Shown here: piece by piece, positions 37,626 to 50,819 of the stretch
Layout of the letters: every line of letters begins with the position of its first letter
Position numbering within the stretch: position 1 is the first letter of the stretch
Notes under the pieces: generated by a model
What the model was told of the DNA's origin: nothing
What the model saw: the letters and a program-made list of their open reading frames with translations, nothing else
Database searches by the model: none
Position numbers and translations under genes: made by a program
DNA from: Bugula neritina
Lineage: Eukaryota; Animalia; Bryozoa
DNA length: 64,000 nt
Reading direction: 5' to 3'
NCBI GenBank assembly: GCA_964035545.1
Contig: OZ037771.1
Location: 5,365,190-5,429,189, forward strand

Positions 37626-40600
37626 CTAATTTTTATAAGTGAATTGCGCATCCCTTTTTCGCTTTGATCTGCACCTTAGACTGTATCGTTGGTTGTTATG
37701 AGTTGGTGGTAGCTTCATTTTTTCTGCTTCCTCAGTTTCGTTGTTCTGAGGCTCTTGGACACTAGTTTGTTCTTGGTTGTCATTGCTGTATGCAACGTTT
37801 GTATCTGTCCCATTGTAGCGTGTATGCCCATCATTATGAACTTCATTGTCTGTTGTAAGTTGGCGATCAGTCCCTTGGCAGTCTTCTTCACTAGATGGTA
37901 CGTCGGAGTGGAAGTTGTCGGGTTCTGGAGCCGAAGTTTCAATCTCCTCAGAACCTGAGTCTTGAGTTGTGGGTGAGTCCAACTCAATCGATATTTCTGA
38001 TGTGGGTCCTCTAACTAGAGGTCCCCTGTATCTTTTCAGTAGGTTCAAATGCACTCTAAATGGTGCCTGATCTGGCTCGTTGAATAGTTGTATGGCAGCA
38101 GTTGTATCGGTTATATGTTTTATTATGTACATGCCCTGCCATCGCTTTATTAATTTAGCAGTCTTGTTTTTGTATGCCCTTTTATTGTAGTAGAACACTA
38201 TATCTCCCACTCTGAGATCAGTGGGGCGTGCTTTCTTGTCGTAGTATCTCTTCTGCCTTTCTTTCCCCTTTCCTATCAGCAGTCTGGCTGTGTCCCAAAC
38301 CTCTTGCATTCTGTTGTGCAACTTCGTAACGTACGGGACGTCGTCTTCCACAACAGTTGGGCGAGGTTTGGTCAGCTCGTATGGCATTCGCATTTCTCTG
38401 CAGAATAGGAGCATACTTGGTGACGTTGTGGTGGTGTGTACTGATGAATTGTGCGCCAGTTGACAGAACGGGATGTATCTGTCCCAATCGCGATGGGTGC
38501 CTGGGCCGACGAAGTGGGACAACATATTGGCGATAGTTTTGTTGTATATCTCCACTTGTCTGTTGGATGCTGGCGAGTACGGTACACTAAATTTTGAGTC
38601 AGTTTCAAGGAGTTTATTCACTTCAACCATGACTGAATTCATGAATGACTTGGCCCTGTTCGAGAGTAGTATTGATGTGGCCCCAAATTTGCAAAAGATC
38701 TGCTCAACATAGACGTGAGCGACTGTTGCTGCTGATTGGTCAGCAGTGCAAATCATTTCACACCAATTCATAAAATGGTCAATAAATACTAGAAAGTATT
38801 TCATTCCGTCAGCACTCTGCTTGAACGGACCGAGGAAGTCCATGGATAGCGTGTGGAATGGCTCGGTCGCTATCCTTGTTGCTAGTGGGACACGAGTTTG
38901 AACTTTCGGGTTCTTCCTCTGCTGACATGAATGGCATTCCGAGACATATTTTTCGACCACCTTCGGGAACCAGTAGTGCTGTTTCAACCGGAGCTTGGTC
39001 TTAGTCACTCTTGAATGCATAGCCGTTATGCTGTCATGCATAGCGTACATCAGGAGGTGACGCTGACTTGAGGGGATAGCTATAAGTGCTTTGTCTTGAT
39101 AGTTACGGTACACGAGCCCGTCAATTATCTTGAATTGCCTGCTGTCCGCAACTATCTGATTTGCCTTCGCCTTAAAGGTGTTTTCCGGGAACTTCCCCTT
39201 CTCCAGGTGCAGAAGTAATGGTCCTAAGAAATAGTCTCTTTTTTGCTGGTTTCTTGTCTGTTTATCAATAGGGCAGGATTCTAGAGAGAATCTCCGCTCG
39301 TGATAGGGCGTCCGCCACCACGTTCTGGTTGCCCGCCTGGTGTATGATCTCAAAGTCATAGTCGGCCAGTTGTATTGCCCATCTGGCAAGGCGGGGAGAC
39401 AAGTCCGGTTTCTTTATAGTGTATGTACAGGCAGCGTTGTCAGTAATTAATCTGAATTTGACGTTTATCAGATACTGCCTGTGGTGTTTGACAGCACACA
39501 CTATGGCGAAAAGCTCCTGCTGGCAGATATCCCATTTCCTTTTGGCGGCTGTTAGCGTACGGGAGTAGAACGATAGAGGGTGTTCCTTATTGTCTCGGAG
39601 CTAAGACAGGACAGCCCCAATCGCAGTATCCGACGCATCAGTCGTCAGGATGAATGGGCTTTTAATGTCAGGGAAAACCAGAATTCTTGCTGTGGTGATT
39701 CTGGTTCTCAATTATTCGGAGGCGCTCTCACACCCTGCGGACCAAATAAACTCGGCGTCTTTGGATGTGAGTTTGATTGGAAGAGTTGCGGTTCGCACAA
39801 AGTTTTTTTATGAACGACCTGTAATACCCAAAAAATCTAAGAACTTTCTTGACTTCGGTTTTATTCCACAGTCGGGAATTTTTTAATCTTCTCGGTATTG
39901 TGTGGTGCAACTGCTATACCTTTGCTCGACAATATGTGACCCAGGTGTAGGATCTCCTTCTGACATAGCTGGCTTTTACTCAGTCTGCACTTGAGTCCAG
40001 TGTAGCGGAGTCTGGAAAACACCATACTGAGTAGTTGCAAATGACTCTCATACGTGGTTGATGCCATCAGCCAGTCATCGAGGTAGACGCAGCTGCTGCC
40101 CTCACTTATTAGATCGGCCATAATGGCTAATGCGAGGCGAGTGAATGCCGCAGGTGAGCCCGACATTCCTTGTGGCATTACATTAAGTTCATAACGGCCG
40201 AATGGTATTATAAATCCTGATTTCTCTCGAGACAACTCGTGCAGTGCTACTTGAAAGAAAGCGGAGCACAAATCGATGCTGCTGAAATACTTCTTGTTCT
40301 GCATGATCTCAACAGTGTTCTCTATGCTCGATATCGCTATAGACTTCTTAATCGTTAGTGAGATCAGTTTCCGGTAATCTACACAGAATCTTCACCTCCC
40401 ATCTTTTTTTTGACCAGCACGACTGGCGAGGTCCAATTGCCCGCGTTGGGTGTAATCAGCCCGGCTTCTTGCATTTCATCCAGTTGTGCTTTTACTTCCG
40501 ACCTTATGCCTACTGGAATGGTATATGGTTGGCTGCGTATTGGTTGTGTCCCGAGGGTTGTTTCCACCACGTGTTGTGCTATATTAGTATGTCCAAGGTC

Positions 40601-41450
40601 GGTGACTCCTCCTATGATATCTTGGAATTCATCCACTAGCCCTCATGGCTTTTGAAACTGGTATAGGTGCAATGTGATATCCTCCACTTTCAGGCTCGAA
40701 CTTGGTTTGGATCGAGTCTTCGGTTTTTCTTTTAGAGAGTTGACCTTGAGTAGTTCCAGATTTTTTTTTTCTACCTGTTCCACATTACCAACAACTGTGT
40801 TTTCTGGAATATTTATAGTGGTCTTGGTGCAATTCATTATGGGTACCCAGATGCATCTCTTGACTACTTTGTCAATCGATTTGCCTATCATTACCTTTTC
40901 TGGCAATTTGTCACTATCAAAATAGCAGGTGGCACCGTCCAAGCATAGGCTTGTGATAGTAGCCACCACTGCCATCTCTGACAAGGGTGGTATGTCCACG
41001 CTATATGCCGTCCATGCTATGTTATTTATGGCTTCCAGTCCCGTGGGTATTTCCCTTTGGTTGAAACCCAATGTACACCTCTGGAAGTCGTATGTGAATT
41101 CTGCTAGTTTTGCTAGGAAGTCGGTCCCTACAATGGCGTTGTGTGTAATTGCATTGGCCACGAAGAGTGAATGTTCCACTCTTGTGTCTTTGCCTATTGT
41201 AATTACCACGTCCGGTTTTGCGATGATGTCCAGGGAATGTCCAAGCAATGTCATCCGTTTTTGTTATGTCTTCAAGTGCAGGGTATAAATTTGCTAGTGG
41301 GATGGTTGGGTTGATAGCAGAAGTGGGGGTTGTGTTTTCTGCTTGGGGATGAGTTTGGGTGGCTGGCGTAGTTTCTTCTGCTGTTGGTTGGTGTGTTCCA
41401 CCTTATTTCGTGAAAGCCACAGCATTTACTACTATTTCGCCACGCCTTTT
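37626..41450 (-). mobile_element. Ty3/Gypsy family A pol (protease, RT, RNase H, integrase), frameshifted, no LTRs seen
   Basis: AIVGTDFL (PR), WTSPVVLVKKK, IDLCSAFFQ, MPQG, YLDD (RT), ITDN/LARWAIQL (RH), HHCC, MDFLG, PYSPASNRQVE (IN); second catalytic Asp reads SNR here but SDR in copy 2. Confidence 0.95.
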
Positions 41451-41509
41451 GCAGATGTATTTTATGCACACGTAGTAATACAGTTTCCTTAAAACAAAAA
41501 CAATTGAAG

Positions 41510-41725
41510 CAGTCGTCACAGTGAGTGTGACACTGACAGTGACTGACACCTACCCACTGAAATTTAGCCTTGCATAATGATATGCCTGAAGAGTCACTTA
41601 TTTTTGCATTCACATTTCAGCTTATTATTACTTATAGTTATTTAGTTTTAACGATAAAGTTTATTATATATAAATTGAAACTGTGTTGGTGGGTTTTTTA
41701 ATTTAGAGTTATTGCAAACTCACCG
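41510..41725 (-). repeat. Copy of the 28575-28800 leader-like repeat upstream of Gypsy A
   Basis: Shared gtgactgacacctac..ccttgcataatgata..gagtcactta..attgcaaactcacc. Confidence 0.85.
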
Positions 41726-41728
41726 AAA

Positions 41729-41774
<46 letters not shown>

Positions 41775-41777
<3 letters not shown>

Positions 41778-43235
41778 AGAATTTTTTCTAAAACATTTCT
41801 TTTCCTTGCTTGTAAACTTTTCAAGTAATTTTTCTGAAGTTTTGAAATACCAACAGTCTATTTGCAGTTGTGGTTGTATCAGCGTTAGTGTTTCTGGCCA
41901 TTATAGTGACAACAGTGGTGCCGGTTGTAGTTGTAGCTGACGTAGCTCTGAGTCCACATAACGTAAATTTTACAATTATATTACTTAGTATGATCTAAAT
42001 CCATGAAAGGGTTATCTTTGACACAGCTATTAGACATGAACGACCACAGAAATAGCAATTTTATAAGCTTGTCCGATATAGCATTTTTGCAACAAAGGCA
42101 AAGAATTTAATCAATCTAACAGCTTGTACAACCGACAAAATATATTTGGCCAACTGCTGCACCCCTTAAACCAACGTGTAATTTTTTTGTGGAGAATAAC
42201 GTATCACCCTGTTGGGGGTTTCGAACTGTTGATGAGGATTGCCATGCTTCTGCCAACACTGGCAGTGCATGGTATCTCCAATCTGAATGTGTCCTAAGCC
42301 TCTATCTATGTTACTTTCCTGAAAAGTGCGTGACATTTTGTCAGTCACAGATGCTAATTAATGTTTCTTTGTGGTACAATACAGCTGGTTAGTACCTAAT
42401 ATTCAGAACTTTCTTTTAATAGTTTAATTTTTGAACAAACACATTTATCGTCTGTGAGCACTGCATGGCTTTTTTTACTTGAAACTCATTCATTGATTCA
42501 TTTTGAAGCATGTCATTTAATTCACCATGAAGTACTTTCTACTCGCCAGTATTTTGTTTCCTCGCTTTTTCTATCATTGATGGCTCCAAAGTCGAGCAAT
42601 AATTCTTTTAATGTGCTCTGACGCGGACTATTGTGTTTCACATAAAAGCTCAAGTTTGTGGAAGCTTTTAGGCTGCTTACCTTATAAACTGCTGGTATTT
42701 TTAATGTTGAAAGAAGTCAAACGGACCATGTAATGCTTGAAGTTGTCATCTTGTACAATTTAAGCTTTGGTAGATGGCTTGGTCTCATGGTCGCTCTGTG
42801 CGTGATTGTTGGTGATATGCTACCTTACACTAACTGGCATGATCGACCATGGTTTTTAGAGTGTCTAGTGCTTTTTGCTGGTCAGTTTGATTGCTGATCA
42901 CTCACTCTTGAAGACAAAAAATTAATTTTAAAGGCGTTATTTTGTGTTTTCAAAACATTTTCTAAAACATCTATTTTTTGCCAGTGGTTTTTTCAAGTTA
43001 TTTGTTAGTTGTTTTCTGCCCGCCATGGAAGCATCAATGATGCTAGTTGTAATTGTAGCTGTTGTGGCCGTAGGTCCACATAGGGCAAGTATCATTTACT
43101 ATGATCTAGATTCAAGTAAGGCTTATCTTTGATACAGTTATTAGATCTAAAAACTAAAGAAATAACAATTTTATGAGTTTTTTTTCAAATATAGAATTCT
43201 TTAGACAAAGTCAGGGAATCTAATTGATCCACAAA
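41775..43235 (-). repeat. Tandem copies 2 and 3 (~1.1-kb period) of the hydrophobic + Thr-rich decayed ORF unit
   Basis: NCYFCGRSCLIAVSKITLSWI..FTLCGLRATSATTTTGTT (copy 2) and NCYF..ILALCGPTATTATITTS (copy 3); flanks also align. Confidence 0.6.
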
Positions 43236-43400
43236 ATTAGGCCCGTATAAATTTTTTACTATATGCGAGTGCTCAGGTGTTTCCCTTACCCAACTATTTG
43301 TGGGTGTTTTCGGGATAAGTATAAGATTTCTGTCTAAACATTACTCAAATAAAAGAATCAAAAAAGGTGAAAAACAGTAGACTTAACTATAATATTTAAT

Positions 43401-46080
43401 CTAACCATGCTGGCAGTGCAGGGTGAAGAGTCCAGGAGTCAAGCTGCTATGAAACACTTTGCTGCAACTCAAAAAAACTTTTAGAAGGCTGTTCATTGTC
43501 TGCCACATAGTTCCCCCGCCCACAAAGTTGTGGCAACATTGGCAAGCAACAAAGATGTTGCTCCGCTGCCGAACCTGTGGCATTGAGTTTGTGATTTTGC
43601 AGTTTGTTAAAAATTTCCAGAATCCTCAAGCAAATTGGAAGAATGACTTGGCAGTCTCCTCCACACATATATCTTGCAAAGTTGAAAAAAATGGCGAAAT
43701 GTGCTGCAAAGCATGGATTGTGCGTGAGTCTGGCAACCTGCTGCCAAGACTCACGACACCATCAATGGCCTGTTGGTTAACCAGAGAGGTTATTGGTAAG
43801 GTTTTCAAAATCTACAAAACAACATTTGTAGAAGTAATTTTTTAAAATCTTAAACAATCTTTACGATAACGGATAAAAAATACGAATTTAAAGAGTACTT
43901 CTTTAATGAATTTTCAGTCATAAAAATTTGCGCATATAAAAAAGTCAGTTACCTATTCATTTTTATAGTGTAAAAATAGTTACATTATAATGTTGTAAAG
44001 TAACAACCTACATTTGTCAGCAGATCAATCCAATAATCGGGAACATGATTAGCCTGAAATGCATGCGTTACAATTTTTTCTAAACATGTGCTTTGTGCTG
44101 TAAAGGATATAGACTGGACATCAATATCATCAACTTTGGCCATAAACTTCAGAACACTTTCATGATTTTGAGCAGAAATACCAATAGTGCGGTCAGTAGA
44201 ACCAAATTCCGAAAGCACAGAAACCTTATTGCAAAAAAGATAGCACAACATGTTGAAATAAGAGATTTACAAAGCTTGCATTTCATTTATCGTCCAAGCG
44301 GTTCAATATGTTTGAAAAGGTAGCATAATAATGTAAAGTTAGTGATACCTGTTTCCTTTCAGCAAAACAAGTTCAGCGGCTTTTGCACCTCGTTTGCTGC
44401 GGGCATACCGTTTGGGATACCCCAGGCTTATTTCATCACAAAAGACTACATCGGGATGGGGCTACATTGGGACAACTAAACCACTCATCTTTTCTTTCAA
44501 TAGGCTGTAAGTAGGACAGCCCAGCTAGTCGAAATTGAGAATAAGATGGGCGCAACTGCATGGATTAATTTTCCATCAAACGCCATCCCCACAGTTCATA
44601 AAAGCTGTACATGCTATTCCTACAACAATAGAAACAACTTACAATTGAAATTGATGGTATATAAACATACAACTAAGTAATTATGAGAGGTTTTGATATT
44701 CTGAGGCAGCTGAAAGCTCAGATTCTAAAGCAGCATTATGTAAAAATATATATTTATGAATCTATCTAACATCACCAATGGACTGCACCTTTTCGAATAT
44801 CATCAACAAACCCAGCTTGAAGAAACAGCATCATATATTCTGCAAGCAATCTATGAGACACCAGATATGTTCCCATATTTAGAACACCCTCTTTATAACC
44901 ATCTGCGTTTAAACCTGTGCCACACTTGCATCTACCATGATACACTAAAAGTAAATAAAATTAAAAACCATGCCGTATAAATAACATACCAACATGAAAC
45001 ATTGTCACCCTTGGCAGTTAAGCTATACCTTCTTTAATATTTTTGTGGGTTTATGCGGCTGATAAAGTACATTGTGGGTAGTTGTGAGAATTACTGCTCG
45101 AACACATACTCTTTGTGAGATTGATGAGAATTTATAATTTCAATAGCTTGCAACACGACAGGACCGAAGTCTGACACCTTACAAGAGCTAGTGAAGATAT
45201 ATACAAAAATACAACTAATTATTGATAACTATATTAAAGTAGCGCTAAAGGCCGACTGTCTGCATGGGGCATTGTTTCTACGGTATATATTTGCGCAGCA
45301 CCTTCGGTTGGTCTGTAGGTTATAGTATACTATGGTCATGACACTGTGTCGATAGCCAATGAGTATCAGTCAAACATATAGTTTAGTGCCACATTTCGAA
45401 CAGTACGTGACAAAATTGATGATGTGTCAAATAGCACTCCTGACTATTGGAAGAGCTAGCACAGTAAATGTCTGTACAAGAATGTCAAAAATTCATCACA
45501 ATATGCCTGCAACACACATTCAAGCTATTACAATGCCAAAAGGATGTAAACAAGCCTGTGCATTTTTCTCACATTGCTTATTAGATATTGAAAAAGAGTC
45601 GAAGAAAGGGACCACAGCAGGCACTAGCTCCACTCCACAATCACCAGAAACTGGGCAAGGAGAAGGCATGATGTATTCTTGATTTATTGACACAGGGTTG
45701 CTAAAAAATATTAACATATTTTGCGAAACAGTTGATATATTGTAATAGCTAAAAAATAAAATTGAAAACAAGTGTGTGTACAAACAAGCTGCAACATCTC
45801 AATGCACTTGGAAATAAGGGAAATCGGGTTAATTAAATCAACCATTTTTAAATGATATAAGGAAGTGAGTGATATGCTTAAGAGATACCAAAAAGGGTTT
45901 AAACTAGGAGATGATACGCTCTTTTGCTGATACAAAGATTCAGTTGTTGAAGCAGTATTAAGTAGCTCTGAGATAACAGCCAAACTATCAGTATCATTTG
46001 AAGAGTTTTCATGAGAGGCCGTAAAGCCTAAAATAACAAAATTACATGTATAGTTGTAAATAAGTGTTACGTAATAAATC
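43401..46080 (-). mobile_element. Decayed multi-exon KDZ/Zisupton (HMGXB3-like CxC) transposase
   Basis: VYHGRCKCG..ADGYKEGVLNMG (44830-44945), WFSCP..HPDVVFCDEISLG (44350-44620), LPQLCGRGNYVAD and CSK..LTPGLFTLHCQHG (43401-43560); GT-AG introns between the blocks; stops and frameshifts. Confidence 0.7.
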
Positions 46081-48139
46081 ATAAATGTAATAAATTTGAT
46101 ACAATAAATAAGACATGAACTATTAAAAACATGAATTTAGTATGTAAAATTATTGAGTAAATACAAAATATTATAACAAAAAACATAACTAGCCTCTGCT
46201 CCTTTAAACAATATCTTTATTACAGATACACATTCTGTCAGCAAATATATTAAATTGAAGTATAACTTTATGAGTGCACTCTATGATGGTTAAATGCCAA
46301 CTGGTTACTTGGGTTAAAAATAAAAAATAACCTGTTTTGATTTGACTTATGGATGCTGTCATTGCCAGGTATCGGGTTTAATTATCTTAATTTTGACCAC
46401 CAGAAATCTGTTTATGCATGAAGACAAAGAAGTTTTATATGTATTGTAGATGATGCTCACGAATTGGTAAAGCAGATTCTACTAGTTGGTATAATGTTAT
46501 GTGTATGTGAATATGAATACATTTATGCAGTTCAGCATTATTGATAAGTAAACTGATGACTATTTTCTTGCTACCTTTACAGTTTGTTTCCCTTGTGAAA
46601 GGGAACTAAGGTTCCTCTCCTGGAAAGGGTTGCTTCTTTCGAAAACTGTTGCTAGTTTCCGTGTAGGTGCTATATAACTGTTAGCACAGCTTGGTGTGTG
46701 TTTGACTATTTACTGGTATGTTTACCATGCTGAACCGGTGAGTTTGGCTTGGATGGTGAGGGCCAACTACTCGTCATAACGATGAGGGACCATAAGGACC
46801 TCCCATCTTTCAATAAACTCCCATGACTCAGTCGAGTCATCTGAGTATGATAGAAGACTGTCTAAATTTAGCACCACACTAGTTATTATCTGTGTGTGTT
46901 GGCTTGTTTGAAAGAGGTTTTGAGCCGGTACGTTGTTGAGGAAAAGTCGTGGTTGGTAAGTTGGTACCTGCAGTATAGGTTTCATTTGTGACTGGGCAGC
47001 CAAGCCATAATGTATGACCACATGGCTGGGTGTAGGACCGATGGATGTGGAACTATTTATACAGTTCCGTCCTAATTCTTGTGTTAGTGAATTCCAGAAT
47101 TGTACTGCCTTTTCACTCGAAATAGGAATCTTCAGTGTAGTCTTAGGCTTTGTCTCTCTACAGTGGGATGGTGGGGTTGGGTCAGACAAAGTAGTGCTTT
47201 TTGTTTGTGAATTGCAGTCGAATCGGATGAGGTGATTGAAATTGTAGTTCTTGTTGCATATTTGGGATTTTGTGTCGGTAGAGCTTTATGTCGAAAGTGG
47301 AGATGTGGATCTTTCTGCTGCTTTAGCAATTTGTAGTTGTGTGATGCTACATACTGCTGGTCGGTACTTGCTACTCGTACAATGTGTTTGTTCAACTATT
47401 AATAGTTTTTTTTGTTGGTTAGTTATTAATGCTGATATGCTGCTGTCTGGCTGTGATTATGAGTATCAATTTTTTTCCAGTAATGAAGCTCAGTTTTTTT
47501 TTATAGTTTACCATTGTATATAATTGCTTTGTAATCAGCGTTGAATGTTTATGATTAGGGGTATTTTTAATTATTTTTCCAAGTCTCATAATTAGAACAG
47601 AATTGTTGCTTTGTGTTGTACTTGCAGCCTGGGATCATTTAATACCACTATGATTATCATTGATCGTTATTTATTACTGTGAAACTGTGTATAATAAAAG
47701 AAAGGAATGAATAGCAAATGGGTGTGCGAAAAAAGTATATGCCAAAGTCTTGGCAGTTGGGTGCTTCAAAGCAGCAGTACCAGTGTATCTATTGACTGCT
47801 TCTACACAAACTAACACGTTTCTGTTGCCTTGTATTGTTTTTCTCAAAGCTTGTAAGTAATCTATGTACCATGTTGAACATGTTTCTTGGATTGGAAGAT
47901 GCCTAAGTTCAAGAACAAGTTTTTCTGGTGGTCTCTTCACCATAGAGTATGTTTGGCAACCTTTGATGAAAATGTCAACATCCGGAGATGTCGACTTTTA
48001 GAAAAAAACCATTGTTTAATAGCCGAGACTGGGTGACTCCTCTATCACCACTTGAAATATTGCTGTAAAAGGCTCAGACAACGTTTTGTTACATTTCCAT
48101 AAGAACTATTAGTATCAGTTTGAAAGTTTGGGTCGTAAC

Positions 48140-50464
48140 TGTTTTGTGTTTTGATTTCAACTATTGTGAAAAGGAGACACCGTGCTCAAGTTAGTTGCTT
48201 AACGGAAAAGGCCGAAGCCGTGATTTATTACCACAATATATATACAAGATAATACTAAAATTATTACAATAAGTGAGACAACTTATTATTATGCACAAAA
48301 ATAGGAAATTAATAAAATAACATTACAAATAAATGGTTACATAAATACCCAACATCTCCCACAGAATAGAAAAAGGCTAGTTAGGTACGAATGTTTTAGG
48401 AGGGCACATAGTCTTCCATCCAACTAGGGGGCTTCCGTTCTCTGGTTGAACGCCGTAGGTTGTCGCTATGATTGGCGCTCTCGCTGGTTTCAACCTGGGT
48501 GCTACTAGCATTTTGTTTAAGATCCTTCGGTGCCTCAGAACTCACTGGCTCCGTGACGAGAGGTCTGATATCTCGCCGGTTTCTCCGAAAGAGGTTGTTG
48601 TTGTGTTGTACGGCATAGGCTCTGCTACTCAATAGTTTGTTAATTTGCGTCTCCTGCCATTTTTTCCGGTGCTGACTCCAGTCTCGAACCAAACTGGTTG
48701 CCCTTCTTTCAGCACTGCCAAATCTCTTGCACCGTCATTACATCTCTGCTGTAGTTTTTCATTGTGGCCCTGCTTTTCCCACCAACCTTGGTTGTCCTCT
48801 GTTTCTAGCTTGACTGGTAGTACTGACCTGGTGGGCCTTCCGATGAGTTGCTGAATTGGGCTGGCCGTCAGGCCTTCCTTGGTGGTATTGAGATGTTCTA
48901 GCAACGCAAGTTCAGGCTCTTCACATCTGCGGAGTATGCGTTTGACTATTTTCACAGCAGACTCTGCCTTCCCATTAAACTGAGGATGATACGGAGAGCT
49001 GGTGGTGTGTGTGAAATTCCATGATTGGCTAAAAGTAAAAAACTGGTGTGATGTAAACTGTGGTCCGTTGTCAGTGTGAACCTGTCTGGGTATTCCCAGG
49101 CGTCCAAAACAGCGCTTTTTAGAGTTGATTACAGTCTCTGATGTTTGGTTGTCCAGTCGGTCGTATTCAAGGTAGTCAGTCGTATAGTCAACAATAGTAA
49201 TATAATGAGTGTGATTGTATTCAAACAAGTCGATTCCTACTTTTGTCCAGGGTTGTTGGGGAACTGTGTGGAGTAAAACTGTTTCCTTCTGTTGTCGCGG
49301 AGCATCCAGTTGACATTGTCGACAGCTAGCAATATTGTTTTTGATGTCATTGGTGATGCCAAGCCAAAACACTGTGTGGCAAGCACGTCTTAGTGTGGAG
49401 TTAATTCCATTATGGCCAGTGTGAAGTAGTTAGAGAAACTTTCTCTGGAGTGCCTTTGGAATAATGGCTCTTAGTCCTTTGTAAACAATGCCGTTGTCAA
49501 TAGATAGTTCGTCCTGAAAGTGTTTGTACTTGTCATGAGTTGTGCAGTGGGCAACATTCCAGTCATGTTTAATAAGGTTTGTCAGTGTCATAAGTTCATT
49601 ATCCTGTGCAGTAGCAGTCCTGATGTTGTTGATTAAGTCGTCACAAACAAGAGTATCATTATTTTGAGAGTCAACATGAAAAATGTGTTCTGGTAGTTGT
49701 TGATAGTTGCGAGAGTCAAAGTATGGGTTTCTTGAGAGTAAGTCAGCCGTGATCTGTTCAGCACCCTTTTGCCAAGTTACCTTAATGTTAGGGTATCTTT
49801 GTAAGTGAAGAAGCATAGCCTGCAACCTCCGAGATGCCTTATGAATGGATTTCCTGAAAATAGATACAAGGGGTTTGTGGTCCGTTTGGATAGTGACAGC
49901 ATGGTGACCAAAGATATACTGGTCAAAGCGTTCAGTGCCAAACACTATGGCAAGGCACTCAAGCTCTAGTGGTACATAGTTCTGTTCCGACTTTGTTAAA
50001 CTGCGAGATGCATATGCTACAGGCTTGCCTCCTTTCATGAGTGTTGCACTCACACCAGCAATTGAAGCGTCAGTTTGTATAGTTACTGGCTTGTTACAGT
50101 CAAAGTATTGTAGAGTTTCCGAGTCAGTAAAATCTTTCACTCCTCAGGTAGATTCGGTTCATATGCTAATGGTTTTGGCGCTAATAATTGCTCCATGTTG
50201 TTTCAGTGTAATAATAATAGACACGGGGCACCATTTTTTGTGTTGTTTTGTGTTATTATTTCAGCTATCGTGAAAAGAAGAGAAGGTGCTCAAGTTAGTT
50301 GCTTAACGGAAGAGGCCGAAGCCGTGATTTATTACTAGAATATTTATATAAGATAATACTAAAATTATTACAATAAGTGAGACAATTGATTATTATTATT
50401 ATGCACAAAAATAGTAAATTAATAAAATAACATTACAAATAAATGTTTACATAAATACCAAACA
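48140..50464 (-). mobile_element. Internally deleted Gypsy (Mag/K02A2.6-like) LTR retrotransposon with LTR pair, 5-bp TSD and PBS
   Basis: LTRs TGTT..AACA at 48140-48354 and 50244-50464; TSD GTAAC at 48135-48139 and 50465-50469; RH (QTDAS, YASRSLT, TDHKPL), IN (GIDLF, TDNGPQF, NGKAE); gag start MEQLLAPKPLAYEPNLPEE fused to the RT-RH linker. Confidence 0.95.
50221..50233 (-). promoter_or_regulatory. Primer-binding site TGGTGCCCCGTGT (elongator tRNA-Met-like)
   Basis: + strand acacggggcacca matches the eukaryotic tRNA-Met(e) 3' end as I recall it; 10 nt inside the 5' LTR. Confidence 0.75.
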
Positions 50465-50819
50465 GTAACCAACCACAGAAGTTCTTCTGTTGCCATAATT
50501 TTTTCACGGATCTAATTTGGAAAGCTTCCGCAGCTGATGTCATGTCAATGTCAAATTTTGGTTTCCAAGAATCGAAGTATGACACCAAAATAACTATCTG
50601 TCAGCAGATACATCCTGGTTTGTTGGCCTGTGTATCTGCTCTTGAGCATTGGTTCAAAGGTGTTAAGGACAGTTCTCTCAGCATTTGGGGTAATAGGGTC
50701 AAGTGGATTTTCACATTTTTCATTTGATTTGTTAAGGTGTTGAACTTGAGATAAACCTGATACATCCCTATGCTTTCCAAGATCATTTTTCCGCTGCCTT
50801 TTGTGAAACAGCATTTTAG

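Larger units (their letters stand above)
46600..50810 (-). mobile_element. Gypsy-like family B pol remnant split by a nested LTR element
   Basis: Integrase-like STWYIDYL..VCVEAVNRY..PTAKTLA (47674-47943); continues right of the TSD at 50470-50810. Confidence 0.65.
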
